A DNA stretch of 64,000 nucleotides. It comes from a virus. The position numbers and the translations under genes were made by a program. The notes under the pieces are model-generated. The model saw nothing but the letters and a program-made list of their open reading frames with translations, ran no database searches and was not told the DNA's origin. Shown here one piece after another: positions 28,001 through 35,725 of this stretch; the first letter of the stretch is position 1, and each line of letters opens with the position of its first letter. The DNA lies in the IMG/VR virus record IMGVR_UViG_3300038443_001768; one strand, 5' to 3'.

Positions 28001-28124
28001 CCAACAGGTCGCCGTTTCCGCACTGGACGCCACCACCGAAGGCGTTGTACTGTTTGCCGGAGAGGTCCTCGTGAAGCTTTGTGTTTGCCCCCCAGCGTGT
28101 CGGGCTGACTTGCTGAACGCTCAT
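25059..28124 (-). CDS. Large Asp-box (BNR/sialidase-like) beta-propeller protein, probably virion-associated
   Basis: Asp boxes STNEGATW, SDDNGFTW, STNGGVSW, STDDGSTW; Ser/Ala-rich repetitive C-terminus. Confidence 0.75.
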   Translation of the reverse strand: MSVQQVSPTRWGANTKLHEDLSGKQYNAFGGGVQCGNGDLLAAYGNATHHLALDQYSYYLRSTNEGATWGSPVEITQLRSDSNYGWLDLGLAKVEGGSHDNRLVLSATRVSKTTLEYTAWTLYSDDNGFTWSNPVQVPFSFTATNPNTSLPGSAWGTDVSGPPVCIPDGSGTLLLAAYGGDGASTIGYSRLARSTNGGVSWTDIGVIAQDATTERVEPNLCVYTRSDNSRIIICMMRSDTVSPFRFFRAISTDDGSTWTPDASSCLTSASGRPALTQLAPGLLGMAYRSASSGLPTMAFSFTEGASGGWTTENIGTGNMGSFVYGEWVRYTSTRGHRGSGLVFCVEDNAVAAQSYSSAYYSGGPFTLRPKSDVYATRVTAPPNSFGDSTIKLSSKPGTCGPWVAPNGATYVAAYRDVSGSRSVRVYKAADPMQGTWSAVNTSGERTVTTAGTTIDAVDTKIVGSILHVAYAQSDNVIRYARFDTSSDTWTLDEDSGISSLNTGVGVYLGVRSNGDSIIAYGKTATGNWRTYYAKRTNSGTWTRDVLVAQEVAGQADALVVGIAIDNSDRAYFFVEKATAGGSADGLYYRVLSAADSFIAADARISGTGPQSIDGPNNFYAALDMATPVMYADSSSVIRMRAAYRRRASGTSTTSAGNTNVLEWAPADSPTFTIRSNVGSAGDSYADTTLANLANAEVNGARDTEVVVHISDSDRDLRIYSGTPGVGSFSNALGLGSAAHAGTFNRINVTNGTRSNEVLIPYVYSDSNGIYYNQIDVAQSTSTLYMTAISSAETFGVATIQRAYSLAITETAALSESLSRSVGDSRSLSDSLALGDAVVRAFPRSLDESVVVADVTASGVVLPRPASESLSVADTLLGLLSLGRTATTSVFLSDAAGSLIADSRALAETAALADALSGAVSIVRSVNGSIVVVDNVAGTSGGVFSVSEVNVLVDSLVFHQSLARVLAQSFVLSDAIIISGPVVIAYVHHEPPLSGHVFPAVASGHVIPYVASGEVIDLLAGS

Positions 28125-28130
28125 CAGCGC

Positions 28131-28559
28131 TTAGAGCTTGAAGATCTTGCCGGTCGAGTTGTCCCAGGCTACGATGATGTCGCCGCCATTGGGTGTGACG
28201 GGCAGGTTCGTCATAGTGTCGACGTAGGCGATGAGGCGCTGAGCGGAAGCCGCAACATCGGCCCCGCCAGTGACGGCGGAGGCCTGATAAATGATCACGC
28301 TGGTGATTGAGGCTCCGGAGGCCACGGACGCGAACGTAGCGTCGCTGGCGTCGGCGACACCGCCGGTAATGGTCTTCGAGGTCAGCGTCACAGTGGCAAC
28401 GAGAGTGCCGCCTCCAGCGCCTGTGACGTCGGAGACGAACTTATGCGAAGAACTATATGTGTAGCCGCGAACCAGCGACACCTTGATCGTCGCTGTGTCC
28501 CAGTCGATCTCTCCAGCTAGGAAGCCCTCGCGGCCTGCGTCATAGAGCGCGTTGGCCAT
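28131..28559 (-). CDS. Putative minor structural protein
   Basis: MANALYD...LPVTPNGGDI...KIFKL, a pattern recalled from phage tail-associated genes. Confidence 0.6.
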   Translation of the reverse strand: MANALYDAGREGFLAGEIDWDTATIKVSLVRGYTYSSSHKFVSDVTGAGGGTLVATVTLTSKTITGGVADASDATFASVASGASITSVIIYQASAVTGGADVAASAQRLIAYVDTMTNLPVTPNGGDIIVAWDNSTGKIFKL

Positions 28560-28567
28560 GGGCGTGA

Positions 28568-29551
28568 TTAGCTCCTAGTCAGCGTGAAGGTGATCGTGAT
28601 GGCGTCGCCAGACGTGGTCAGCGTTGCCGTGGACGAGAGGTTCTTCTCGTATCCAAGGGTTCCAGACGACGACGCGTTGAGCGCTCCGAACTTAGCGATC
28701 GTCACAGGTAGGGAGTCTGAGCCATTGGCTGTCCACGTCGCGGTCAGCGTCGCGGTCGACGTGCCCGTCGTGTGCGCGTACGTCATCTGCTTACGCAGAA
28801 GGCCGCCACCGGCGGTGGTGATCTCGCTCGGCAGGGTCGTGTTCGCGGCCGACTCGGCGGCTGTTGAGGCGGAAAGCGCGCCGTAGTTGAAGGACGCGGG
28901 CTGGGCCGATGTCGATAGATGCTGGCCGAAGAATGCGTCCTGACCTGCGTTGGTCATCAACAGCCGCGCGTTGGCGTAGTCGACGTCAAACAAGGTGTCC
29001 CATTCGCGCGCACGGTAGCCGCGGAAGGACAAGCCGATCTCGTCACCGAAGGCGGCTGAGTACGGCCGATCGTCGCCGCCGTTGTTGAACAGCGGGTCGT
29101 CGTATGGGTGGACGCTCGGGCCGGCCCAATCGGACGGACGTCCGACCGAGCAGCCGAAGTATGCGGCTACGGCGGCGGCCAACGCAGGGTCATCAGACTC
29201 TACCCAATCAGCAGGATCGTCTGAGTGCGACTCCCACCAGGAGTCGCGGATGTCTTCGAGGTGCAGGAAGTACGGACGATGCTCGTTGCTCAGCGCGGCA
29301 AGGCGCTCTCGGCGCTCGCGCGAATCACGACCGCGGCCCTCTCCGGATGCGATGAGGGCGATGCTGGGGCTGTTTGGCTCACGAGCAAACTCGAAGCGCG
29401 TTAGCTGCTTGTCCTCATGTACGTCGCCATCGGAGGTCTTGGCGGACGAGTTTCCTAGAAGTACGACGGCTGACATGTCTCTGTTTCTTGTTCCTGGAAT
29501 CGACCCATTTTGCGGCGAATGTCTCATCAACAGTACCCGACGGTTCGCCAT
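28568..29551 (-). CDS. Putative structural protein with Thr/Ser-rich C-terminal domain (start uncertain)
   Basis: Beta-rich C-terminus (GALNASSSGTL...GDAITITFT); co-oriented with tail-type genes. Confidence 0.55.
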   Translation of the reverse strand: MANRRVLLMRHSPQNGSIPGTRNRDMSAVVLLGNSSAKTSDGDVHEDKQLTRFEFAREPNSPSIALIASGEGRGRDSRERRERLAALSNEHRPYFLHLEDIRDSWWESHSDDPADWVESDDPALAAAVAAYFGCSVGRPSDWAGPSVHPYDDPLFNNGGDDRPYSAAFGDEIGLSFRGYRAREWDTLFDVDYANARLLMTNAGQDAFFGQHLSTSAQPASFNYGALSASTAAESAANTTLPSEITTAGGGLLRKQMTYAHTTGTSTATLTATWTANGSDSLPVTIAKFGALNASSSGTLGYEKNLSSTATLTTSGDAITITFTLTRS

Positions 29552-29581
29552 CAACGGCTCTGGATGTGGTACGCTTCCTGG

Positions 29582-30070
29582 ATGCGTCCAGTCATGTACA
29601 TCGTCGCCAACGAGGGGCTCGGCATGTCGCCAGGCAAGCTCGCTGCCCAGGCCGCCCATGCCGCCGTAGAGGCCTACCGGCTATCGTGTCCGATCCCGGT
29701 ATGGCACCCAGACCAAGACAAGCTGCGCTTCGAAGGACGCGAGGTCGTGCAGGAGTGGTACAAGGGCGGCCACTACACGAAGATCGTCCTCGGCGCTCGC
29801 GACTCTCAACACCTGTTGACGCTGGAGCGCTACATCAAGGAGCGTGGATTCAAGACCGCGTTGATCATCGATGAGGGTCGGACAGAGATCGAGCCACACT
29901 CGCCGACAGCGATCGGCGTCGAGATCGTCGACAAGGACGACGAGCACACATGGGCAACGTTTGGGTCGATCAAGCTCTTCGGGCAGGCCAGCGGTCCGCC
30001 CAAGCGAGTCGACTACGACGCCGCGACTGTGAGCCGCTACGGAAAGTTCTTCAACGCGCTCAAGAGCTAG
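29582..30070 (+). CDS. pth2: Peptidyl-tRNA hydrolase, Pth2 type
   Basis: MYIV...LGMSPGKLAAQAAHAAV, KIVL, IIDEGRTEI.P.S.TAIG motifs. Confidence 0.9.
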   Translation: MRPVMYIVANEGLGMSPGKLAAQAAHAAVEAYRLSCPIPVWHPDQDKLRFEGREVVQEWYKGGHYTKIVLGARDSQHLLTLERYIKERGFKTALIIDEGRTEIEPHSPTAIGVEIVDKDDEHTWATFGSIKLFGQASGPPKRVDYDAATVSRYGKFFNALKS

Positions 30071-30201
30071 TCGTGCGTAGTCCGCTCTGGGCCGTTTACA
30101 GCCTCGTGATGACCAGTGTCGTGGCTGTGTACGGAGTGCTCACGATTCGATTGTTGCGTGAGTTCAGAGCAGAGTACGAGGAGTACAAGGACTTGCTGTA
30201 G

Positions 30202-30236
30202 AACGACGAAAAGCCCCCATCTCAGGGGGCTTCTCT
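30202..30236. terminator. Bidirectional terminator
   Basis: AAGCCCCC/GGGGGCTT hairpin between pth2 operon and tRNA operon 3. Confidence 0.7.
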
Positions 30237-30239
30237 ATA

Positions 30240-30313
30240 TGGAGCCGGCTGGATTTGAACCAGCGACCTCACGGGCTTCAACCGTCCGCTCTACCGGGCT
30301 GAGCTACGACTCC
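30240..30313 (-). tRNA. tRNA-Phe(GAA)
   Basis: Loop TT GAA GC (G37). Confidence 0.85.
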
Positions 30314-30390
30314 GAGCCCCGGGCTCGCACCGGGAACCATCAGGCTCGTAGTACCTGACCTTTGGACGCCCTTGGCGTCGGTGCATTGAG

Positions 30391-30462
30391 AGCAGGCGAC
30401 GGGGCTCGAACCCGCTCTTGAGGCTTGGAAGGCCGCCGTGCAACCGGTAACACTTCACCTGC
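30391..30462 (-). tRNA. tRNA-Gly(TCC)
   Basis: U73, loop CT TCC AA. Confidence 0.85.
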
Positions 30463-30466
30463 TTGA

Positions 30467-30538
30467 AGCTCCCGCAGAGACTTGAACTCTACCATCTCGG
30501 GTACGAACCGAGCGCAACGCCATCTTTGCTTCGGGAGC
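30467..30538 (-). tRNA. tRNA-Thr(CGT)
   Basis: Loop TT CGT AC. Confidence 0.85.
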
Positions 30539-30540
30539 GA

Positions 30541-30672
30541 ACAGGCCGGCGCTCTACCGTTGAGCTACAAGCGGGCGAACCATCAAGGAGCGACCTCGAA
30601 GTAATCCGACTCGACGTGCACGTCGAGAAGGGTTGCCGCCAGGGCGGATTCGAACCACCAACCTCCGGCCGT
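30541..30672 (-). ncRNA. Circularly permuted tRNA mimic (YrlA/Y-RNA-like topology)
   Basis: Order: terminal stem, T arm GGTGG TTCGAAT CCGCC, closed extended acceptor stem, D arm TAGCTCAACGGTAGAGC, terminal stem. Confidence 0.75.
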
Positions 30673-30674
30673 AA

Positions 30675-30748
30675 AGCCGACTGTGGGACTCGAACCCACG
30701 ACATTCGTCTTACAAGGACGACGCTCTAGCCATCTGAGCTAAGTCGGC
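30675..30748 (-). tRNA. tRNA-Thr(TGT)
   Basis: Loop CT TGT AA. Confidence 0.9.
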
Positions 30749-30751
30749 GGA

Positions 30752-30823
30752 AGCTGCGACCGAGAATTGAACCCGGGACTCGACCGTACCAAGGTCGCGT
30801 GTTACCACTAGCACCATCGCAGC
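30752..30823 (-). tRNA. tRNA-Thr(GGT)
   Basis: Loop TT GGT AC. Confidence 0.9.
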
Positions 30824-30827
30824 GAAG

Positions 30828-30901
30828 TGGTGCCGACAGGAATCGAACCTGCGTTCTTCGGGGTAAAAGCCCGCTGCAAGGCCAACGTTTGCTACGACAC
30901 C
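30828..30901 (-). tRNA. tRNA-Lys(TTT)
   Basis: Loop CT TTT AC. Confidence 0.9.
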
Positions 30902-30904
30902 GTA

Positions 30905-30979
30905 TGCCCCGGGCAGGAATCGAACCTGCGTGCCAGTGGGTAAGAGCCACTTTCTAAAGCCAGCTTTTGTTACCGAGGC
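30905..30979 (-). tRNA. tRNA-Lys(CTT)
   Basis: Loop CT CTT AC; degenerate D arm. Confidence 0.8.
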
Positions 30980-30984
30980 GAGGA

Positions 30985-31057
30985 AGTGGAAGACGGGACT
31001 CGAACCCGCGGCCTTCTCCATGGCAAGGAGACGCTCTACCAACTGAGCTACATCCAC
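30985..31057 (-). tRNA. tRNA-Gly(GCC)
   Basis: U73, loop TT GCC AT. Confidence 0.9.
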
Positions 31058-31062
31058 GAAAG

Positions 31063-31136
31063 TTGGCCCTCTGGGACTCGAACCCAGGACCTCCCGCGTA
31101 TCAGACGGACGCTCTAACCAACTGAGCTAAGGACCA
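31063..31136 (-). tRNA. tRNA-Ile(GAT)
   Basis: Loop CT GAT AC. Confidence 0.9.
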
Positions 31137-31142
31137 TTGAAG

Positions 31143-31214
31143 TGCTCGATGTAGGATTCGAACCTACGACCCCACGCTTGTAAGGCGCGTGCTCTCCCGC
31201 TGAGCTAATCGAGC
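31143..31214 (-). tRNA. tRNA-Val(TAC)
   Basis: Loop CT TAC AA. Confidence 0.9.
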
Positions 31215-31218
31215 GAAG

Positions 31219-31291
31219 TGGAGGATACGGGACTTGAACCCGTGACTTCCAGCATGCCATGCTGGCGCTCTCCCAACTGAGCTAATCCCCC
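31219..31291 (-). tRNA. tRNA-Ala(GGC)
   Basis: G3:U70, loop AT GGC AT. Confidence 0.9.
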
Positions 31292-31357
31292 ATGGCTGGT
31301 TGATAACGGTGACTAGCTCACCGAGTCCGGAGTTAGGGCCTCCGGACTAGGAACCCA

Positions 31358-31431
31358 TGGACCAGGAGGGATTCGAACCCTCAACCCTCTGCGTGCAAAG
31401 CAGGCGCTCTACCAATTGGAGCTACAAGCCC
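31358..31431 (-). tRNA. tRNA-Ala(TGC)
   Basis: G3:U70, loop TT TGC AC. Confidence 0.9.
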
Positions 31432-31471
31432 GTGGTGCCCCGGCACAAGGCCGGAGCGCGATTGGAGAATG

Positions 31472-31494
31472 AACTCTAGCACATCTCCATGACA
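31472..31494 (-). promoter_or_regulatory. Promoter of tRNA operon 3
   Basis: TGTC-N9-TGCTAGAGTT. Confidence 0.7.
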
Positions 31495-31529
31495 GACGCA
31501 GGCGGTCGACTCAGCGACCGCCGACCATC

Positions 31530-34500
31530 TTATGTCCCCATACCGACCAGCCACGACGCGCCATGGATGTTCCCCGACGACGGAGTGATGGTCGACGGCA
31601 GCGCGGTCAGTCCGGACGAGTAGCTCGACCAACGGTAGGGCGACGTAGTCTGACCCATGTGGATCGTGAACGCGTTGGAGCCGCCACGCGACATCGTCGG
31701 GTGGGTGCCGGTCCAGTTGAACAACCACCCGACACCGTACATGAGGCCGCGGAACGCCTCGGCGTTCGCCTGTAGCGCGTAGCGGGTGTCCGTGACCGCG
31801 GCCAGGGTGCCGGTCCTGGTGGCGAGCGTGGCCGACAGGTCGGCGGTCGAGCCGATCAGGTTGCCGTCCTTGTCGTACAGCCCCAAGAAGTTCTGGCCCG
31901 ACGTCCAGGTGGTGGTGTCGCCCTTGGTCAGCGCGAGCCACAGATTGGCGATCTGCGCGCTCTTCAGGGCACGCATCCAGGAGACGTACAACGTGCCGCT
32001 GGTCAAGCCGCTGGTCGCGCTCGTCGTCGCGAACGAAGGCTCCAACGACCACGCAACAAGCCCCTGATCCAACGGGTTGGTGGGGCGCGGGCTGGTCGAG
32101 TTGACGACGTGCCAGTTCGTCCCATCCGAGACGTACTCGATCCAGCCGTAGTCGTCCCAAATGTAGGCCAGGGTCGCGCCGTCAATCGTTTGCGAACTGA
32201 CCGGCAGGATCTTGATCGGCTTGGCACGCGCGCCTCCGGAACCGTCGGAGATGCGATACGGTGCGCCGATGACTACGAGCTTGGCGTCGGGCAGCGTGAC
32301 CGTGCGCGACGCCGACGTGTCGGTGACGACCACGTCGTGATCGTAGGTACCGATCGTGGCCGAGGTAGCCAGCGACTTGCGATCACGGCCGCCAACGCCG
32401 GTTCGGCGCGGCGCGGTGACGGCGAGTACCGCGCTGCCGGTCGTGGTGATTACTGGCCGCGGCGACGCGTTCTCCCAAGTGATCTCGCCGCAGCGGATGG
32501 TCTGGTTGACCGTGCTGGTGATCGATCGGAACGCTGACGCGACGTACGTCGGGTTGGTCGAGTCCAGGCGAACGACGAGACCAGTGACGTTGATCTCGTC
32601 AGCGTTGTGGTCGACGCCGACCGCGCACGTCGTCTGCTGCTGGTTGCCGACGAAATCGGCGACGCAGTTCTGCATCGTGAACCGACCCGTGTCGGTGCCG
32701 CTGTTCCAGCGGTACGCCGAGTGGTTGGGGTTGCGGACGTAGCAGTGACGGAGATTGACCTGTCGGCCAGAAGCGACGGACGGGAAGTAGAACCCGTAGT
32801 TGCTCCACTGGGTTGAGGTGATCGTCGGATCGAGCGTCGCGGTGCAGTTGGATGCCTCGTACTCCATGTGCGCCGGAATCGCTAGCGCGGCGAACCCTGC
32901 GCGGCGGCAGTTGACTGCCCGGCAGTTCATGTAGCGAACCTTGTGATCGAACTCCGAGTCGATCAGCAGGTCGTGCGAGCCCTGGAAGGCGACATGGACG
33001 TCGTGCGCCTCGCAGCCATCGTAGGTGGTGCCGAACCCACGGTCCTGGAATCCCGCCGATAGCGAGTAGGTGCGAGCGCCGCCGTAGCCGCCGATAGCGC
33101 GGCAGTTGCGGAACGTGGTGAAGTAGCACGCCTCGTGGGTGTCGAAACCGGCCGCCAGGTTGCCATAGGCGACTGAGTCGCTAACCACGTTGTACTTCTG
33201 TAGGCCGACATTGTAGATGGACGACTCGACGGTCGACAACGTAGTGCCGGTCGTGAATGTCGAAGGAGTCGTGGTGAACGGATGTCGCACATTGCTGGCG
33301 TACAGACGGATCTGCATCGCCTCGGTGCAGCCTTGCAAGTTGACGCCGTAGCCGAAGCCGTTGTCCTCGTGCCAGTTAGCGCCGTTGCGCAACCGCGCCA
33401 CGATCCTGCCGCGGAAGCACGACTTCGGGTTGATAGCGGTCGTATAGAAGTTCTCGACCGTGACGTCGATCTCGGCGTCGACAAGATGTGCGAGCGCCAT
33501 GATCGTCGAGCGGTTGAGATCGTAATCCTTGTCCGGAAGCTGCGACGGGTCGCCGCCCAGACGTCCCGTGATCCTGCACGGCGTCTTGGGGACCGAGCGC
33601 AGTTTGACGCTGGTGTTGTAGCCGGTATCGCACAGGCGCTTATTGAGCACCAGGAACGGCGCGGCGCTGACAGTGCCGGCGCTGACGCCGCCGACGGTGA
33701 GCGTCTCTCCGTTTTGGAATGTACCGCCCGTTACCCCGGTTGAGATCAGCGCGACCTTGTCGCCACTAACCAACGTGATGACGGCAATGACCTGGCCAGT
33801 CGCTCCGCTGGTCTGGCCGACAATTACTGAGCCGCCCTGCGCGGTAGAGGCTACGCCCTGGCTGGAGCTTGCGTTGCCGCCGCCACCATAAATGGTGGCT
33901 GTGCCTCCTGGCGTGAACTGCACGCCGACGGCGTTGACCTCGCAGAACTCGGCGCGATAGGTCTTATGGGTTCCAGAGTTGTCGGACACGTCGAACGCGT
34001 AAGCGTCGAACGCGTCCAGTCGGAAGACGTCGCCGCGCGCGATTCCGGTGACGTCGGGCACCGTGATCGTCGACACGATTTCGGTCTGCTGAGCGGCGGT
34101 GAACGACGGGCCGTTTGGCCCCATCTGGAACGCGTAGTTGATAGCCGATACGTTCTGCGGCGACCCGAGAACACGGAATACATTCAGCGCCCCCGACGAT
34201 GTCGTCCCGTCCGGCACCTGAAGTAGGCGGCCGCGGATCTCCAGGTCGATCTCTTCGGTGGTGAAGCTGACCTTGCACGGCCAGTCGCCCGGCGGAACAA
34301 CGACGCGCTTTCCGGCCGCGGCCTGGACGGCGTTCTTGATCAACGTGCCGTTCGCGGCGGCGTTGGTTGAGTTCACTGCCGAAGCGAGACCTGCGACGAC
34401 GGTGACCGAGTTGTCGGTCTGTGTCAGCAGGTGTGGAGTGTACGGGGTTCCGTCAGGATTCTCGCCAGAGTCTAGGCGCGAGAGCTTGTCTCGGACCTCG

Positions 34501-34553
34501 TAGGGAGTACCGTAGAAGGTTGACTTTGATGCCAGATAGTTCTCGCCCGCCAT
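31530..34553 (-). CDS. Tailspike/fiber-like protein with right-handed beta-helix (putative depolymerase)
   Basis: 1007 aa, Thr/Gly/Ser-rich; GFDTHE and repeated NC.A strands typical of pectin-lyase-like helices. Confidence 0.7.
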   Translation of the reverse strand: MAGENYLASKSTFYGTPYEVRDKLSRLDSGENPDGTPYTPHLLTQTDNSVTVVAGLASAVNSTNAAANGTLIKNAVQAAAGKRVVVPPGDWPCKVSFTTEEIDLEIRGRLLQVPDGTTSSGALNVFRVLGSPQNVSAINYAFQMGPNGPSFTAAQQTEIVSTITVPDVTGIARGDVFRLDAFDAYAFDVSDNSGTHKTYRAEFCEVNAVGVQFTPGGTATIYGGGGNASSSQGVASTAQGGSVIVGQTSGATGQVIAVITLVSGDKVALISTGVTGGTFQNGETLTVGGVSAGTVSAAPFLVLNKRLCDTGYNTSVKLRSVPKTPCRITGRLGGDPSQLPDKDYDLNRSTIMALAHLVDAEIDVTVENFYTTAINPKSCFRGRIVARLRNGANWHEDNGFGYGVNLQGCTEAMQIRLYASNVRHPFTTTPSTFTTGTTLSTVESSIYNVGLQKYNVVSDSVAYGNLAAGFDTHEACYFTTFRNCRAIGGYGGARTYSLSAGFQDRGFGTTYDGCEAHDVHVAFQGSHDLLIDSEFDHKVRYMNCRAVNCRRAGFAALAIPAHMEYEASNCTATLDPTITSTQWSNYGFYFPSVASGRQVNLRHCYVRNPNHSAYRWNSGTDTGRFTMQNCVADFVGNQQQTTCAVGVDHNADEINVTGLVVRLDSTNPTYVASAFRSITSTVNQTIRCGEITWENASPRPVITTTGSAVLAVTAPRRTGVGGRDRKSLATSATIGTYDHDVVVTDTSASRTVTLPDAKLVVIGAPYRISDGSGGARAKPIKILPVSSQTIDGATLAYIWDDYGWIEYVSDGTNWHVVNSTSPRPTNPLDQGLVAWSLEPSFATTSATSGLTSGTLYVSWMRALKSAQIANLWLALTKGDTTTWTSGQNFLGLYDKDGNLIGSTADLSATLATRTGTLAAVTDTRYALQANAEAFRGLMYGVGWLFNWTGTHPTMSRGGSNAFTIHMGQTTSPYRWSSYSSGLTALPSTITPSSGNIHGASWLVGMGT

Positions 34554-34560
34554 GTAGAAA

Positions 34561-35043
34561 CTACTCTACCGGCGGTCGTGCCTCCTTGGACGCGGCGCGA
34601 GCCGAGTTCTCAGACGACGTCTTCGACTTGTGGCACTTCGTGCAAAGAAGCTGAAGATTGTCGAGTTCGAAACCGCCGCCATCGATGAGCGGAACTACGT
34701 GGTCGACTTCGAGCTTCCCTCCCCAGGGCTCTCCATCGACAAGATCAAACGGGTGATGGCGGCATCCTTGGCAGTGATTTCCGTCGCGCTGGATGAGCAG
34801 TCGGCGCGCTGTGCGGGGGTCGTAGTAGGCCCTCCAGTCGAGTACGCAGTTGGGTTCATCGTCGCGCCCGTCGTGCCAGTTTCGCTGGCGTCCTGTTGGG
34901 CCGTCTTCGACGCGCTCACCACAGAAGCGACAACGTCCAAGCTCAGCATCGTAGTGCGGCAGTCTGGCCTTGCGGTGCGCAGGTCGTGACGCATTTGCTC
35001 CACGATTAGGCTTGCGACGTCGTCCTCGTCTACCAGAGGACAA
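34561..35043 (-). CDS. HNH endonuclease
   Basis: RDGNHCQGC...LEVDHVVPLIDGG...NLQLLCTKCHKSKT. Confidence 0.9.
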   Translation of the reverse strand: MSSGRRGRRRKPNRGANASRPAHRKARLPHYDAELGRCRFCGERVEDGPTGRQRNWHDGRDDEPNCVLDWRAYYDPRTARRLLIQRDGNHCQGCRHHPFDLVDGEPWGGKLEVDHVVPLIDGGGFELDNLQLLCTKCHKSKTSSENSARAASKEARPPVE

Positions 35044-35242
35044 CTACCTGCCTGTACTCGTCGGGCAGCCAGCCGGCGAGGTCGTCGGCGTCAATGAGGC
35101 TTAGCTCACACGAGTGCGCGGCGTTCTCAACCACGGCGATCGACACAGGGCCGAAGTCGTTGCCTTCGTCGTCGGCTGACTTCCAGACCTCCATATCAGG
35201 ATCAAGTGTCTGAAGCCGCTCGATGAGATCGCCGACGGTCAT
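35030..35242 (-). CDS. Hypothetical phage protein
   Basis: MTVGDLIERLQ.LDPD.EV...DDEGN, AAGGAGG RBS. Confidence 0.65.
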   Translation of the reverse strand: MTVGDLIERLQTLDPDMEVWKSADDEGNDFGPVSIAVVENAAHSCELSLIDADDLAGWLPDEYRQVVVLW

Positions 35243-35408
35243 CAGGCCTCCTTGAGTGCCGCGAGCAGGCGCTCCCAGGCGGCGTGACCTTCAGCGCGTA
35301 GCTCTTCCTGCCGTGCGGTCTTCTCGCGAGTATCATGATTCGCTCGATATCGAGCGCGCCTGGAGCGACGAGCGCGCTGCGCCGCGATACGCGCCGTTGG
35401 TAGTCCGC

Positions 35409-35639
35409 TCACAGTTCGAGCGCGCCTTCGGCGTCCACGCCGTCGCGGGCGTCATCCTGGGCGGTGAACTTGATGGAGAGGAACTTGTCGCCACCTCCGC
35501 GGGGCGTTCGTGCCCACGCGGCGAGGCGATAGTCGGTGCCCTCGATGGTGCAGCGACCGGTGAAGTCGGGGGAGCGGTCGGACTTCTTCTCGCGGGCGCG
35601 GAAGAGGACGCCACTTAGTTCGTCGTCGTATTCAGCCAT
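35409..35639 (-). CDS. Small putative ssDNA-binding protein (DUF736-like)
   Basis: GVLF..REKKSDRSPDFTG...YRLAAW...FLSIK with acidic tail. Confidence 0.6.
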   Translation of the reverse strand: MAEYDDELSGVLFRAREKKSDRSPDFTGRCTIEGTDYRLAAWARTPRGGGDKFLSIKFTAQDDARDGVDAEGALEL

Positions 35640-35676
35640 GACCTGGAAGTGTACCAGGTAACGACCGATTGCGCAT

Positions 35677-35704
35677 CAAAAAGGGCCGCCCTGGGGCGGC
35701 CCTA
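35677..35704 (-). terminator. Rho-independent terminator
   Basis: AGGGCCGCC/GGCGGCCCT hairpin plus T tract on minus strand. Confidence 0.7.
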
Positions 35705-35725
35705 TGTACTCAGGAGAAGACTTGC

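Noticed and set aside
31293-31357. Hammerhead or HDV-like (theta) ribozyme in tRNA spacer
   Set aside because: No CTGANGA/GAAA core and no nested double pseudoknot could be drawn
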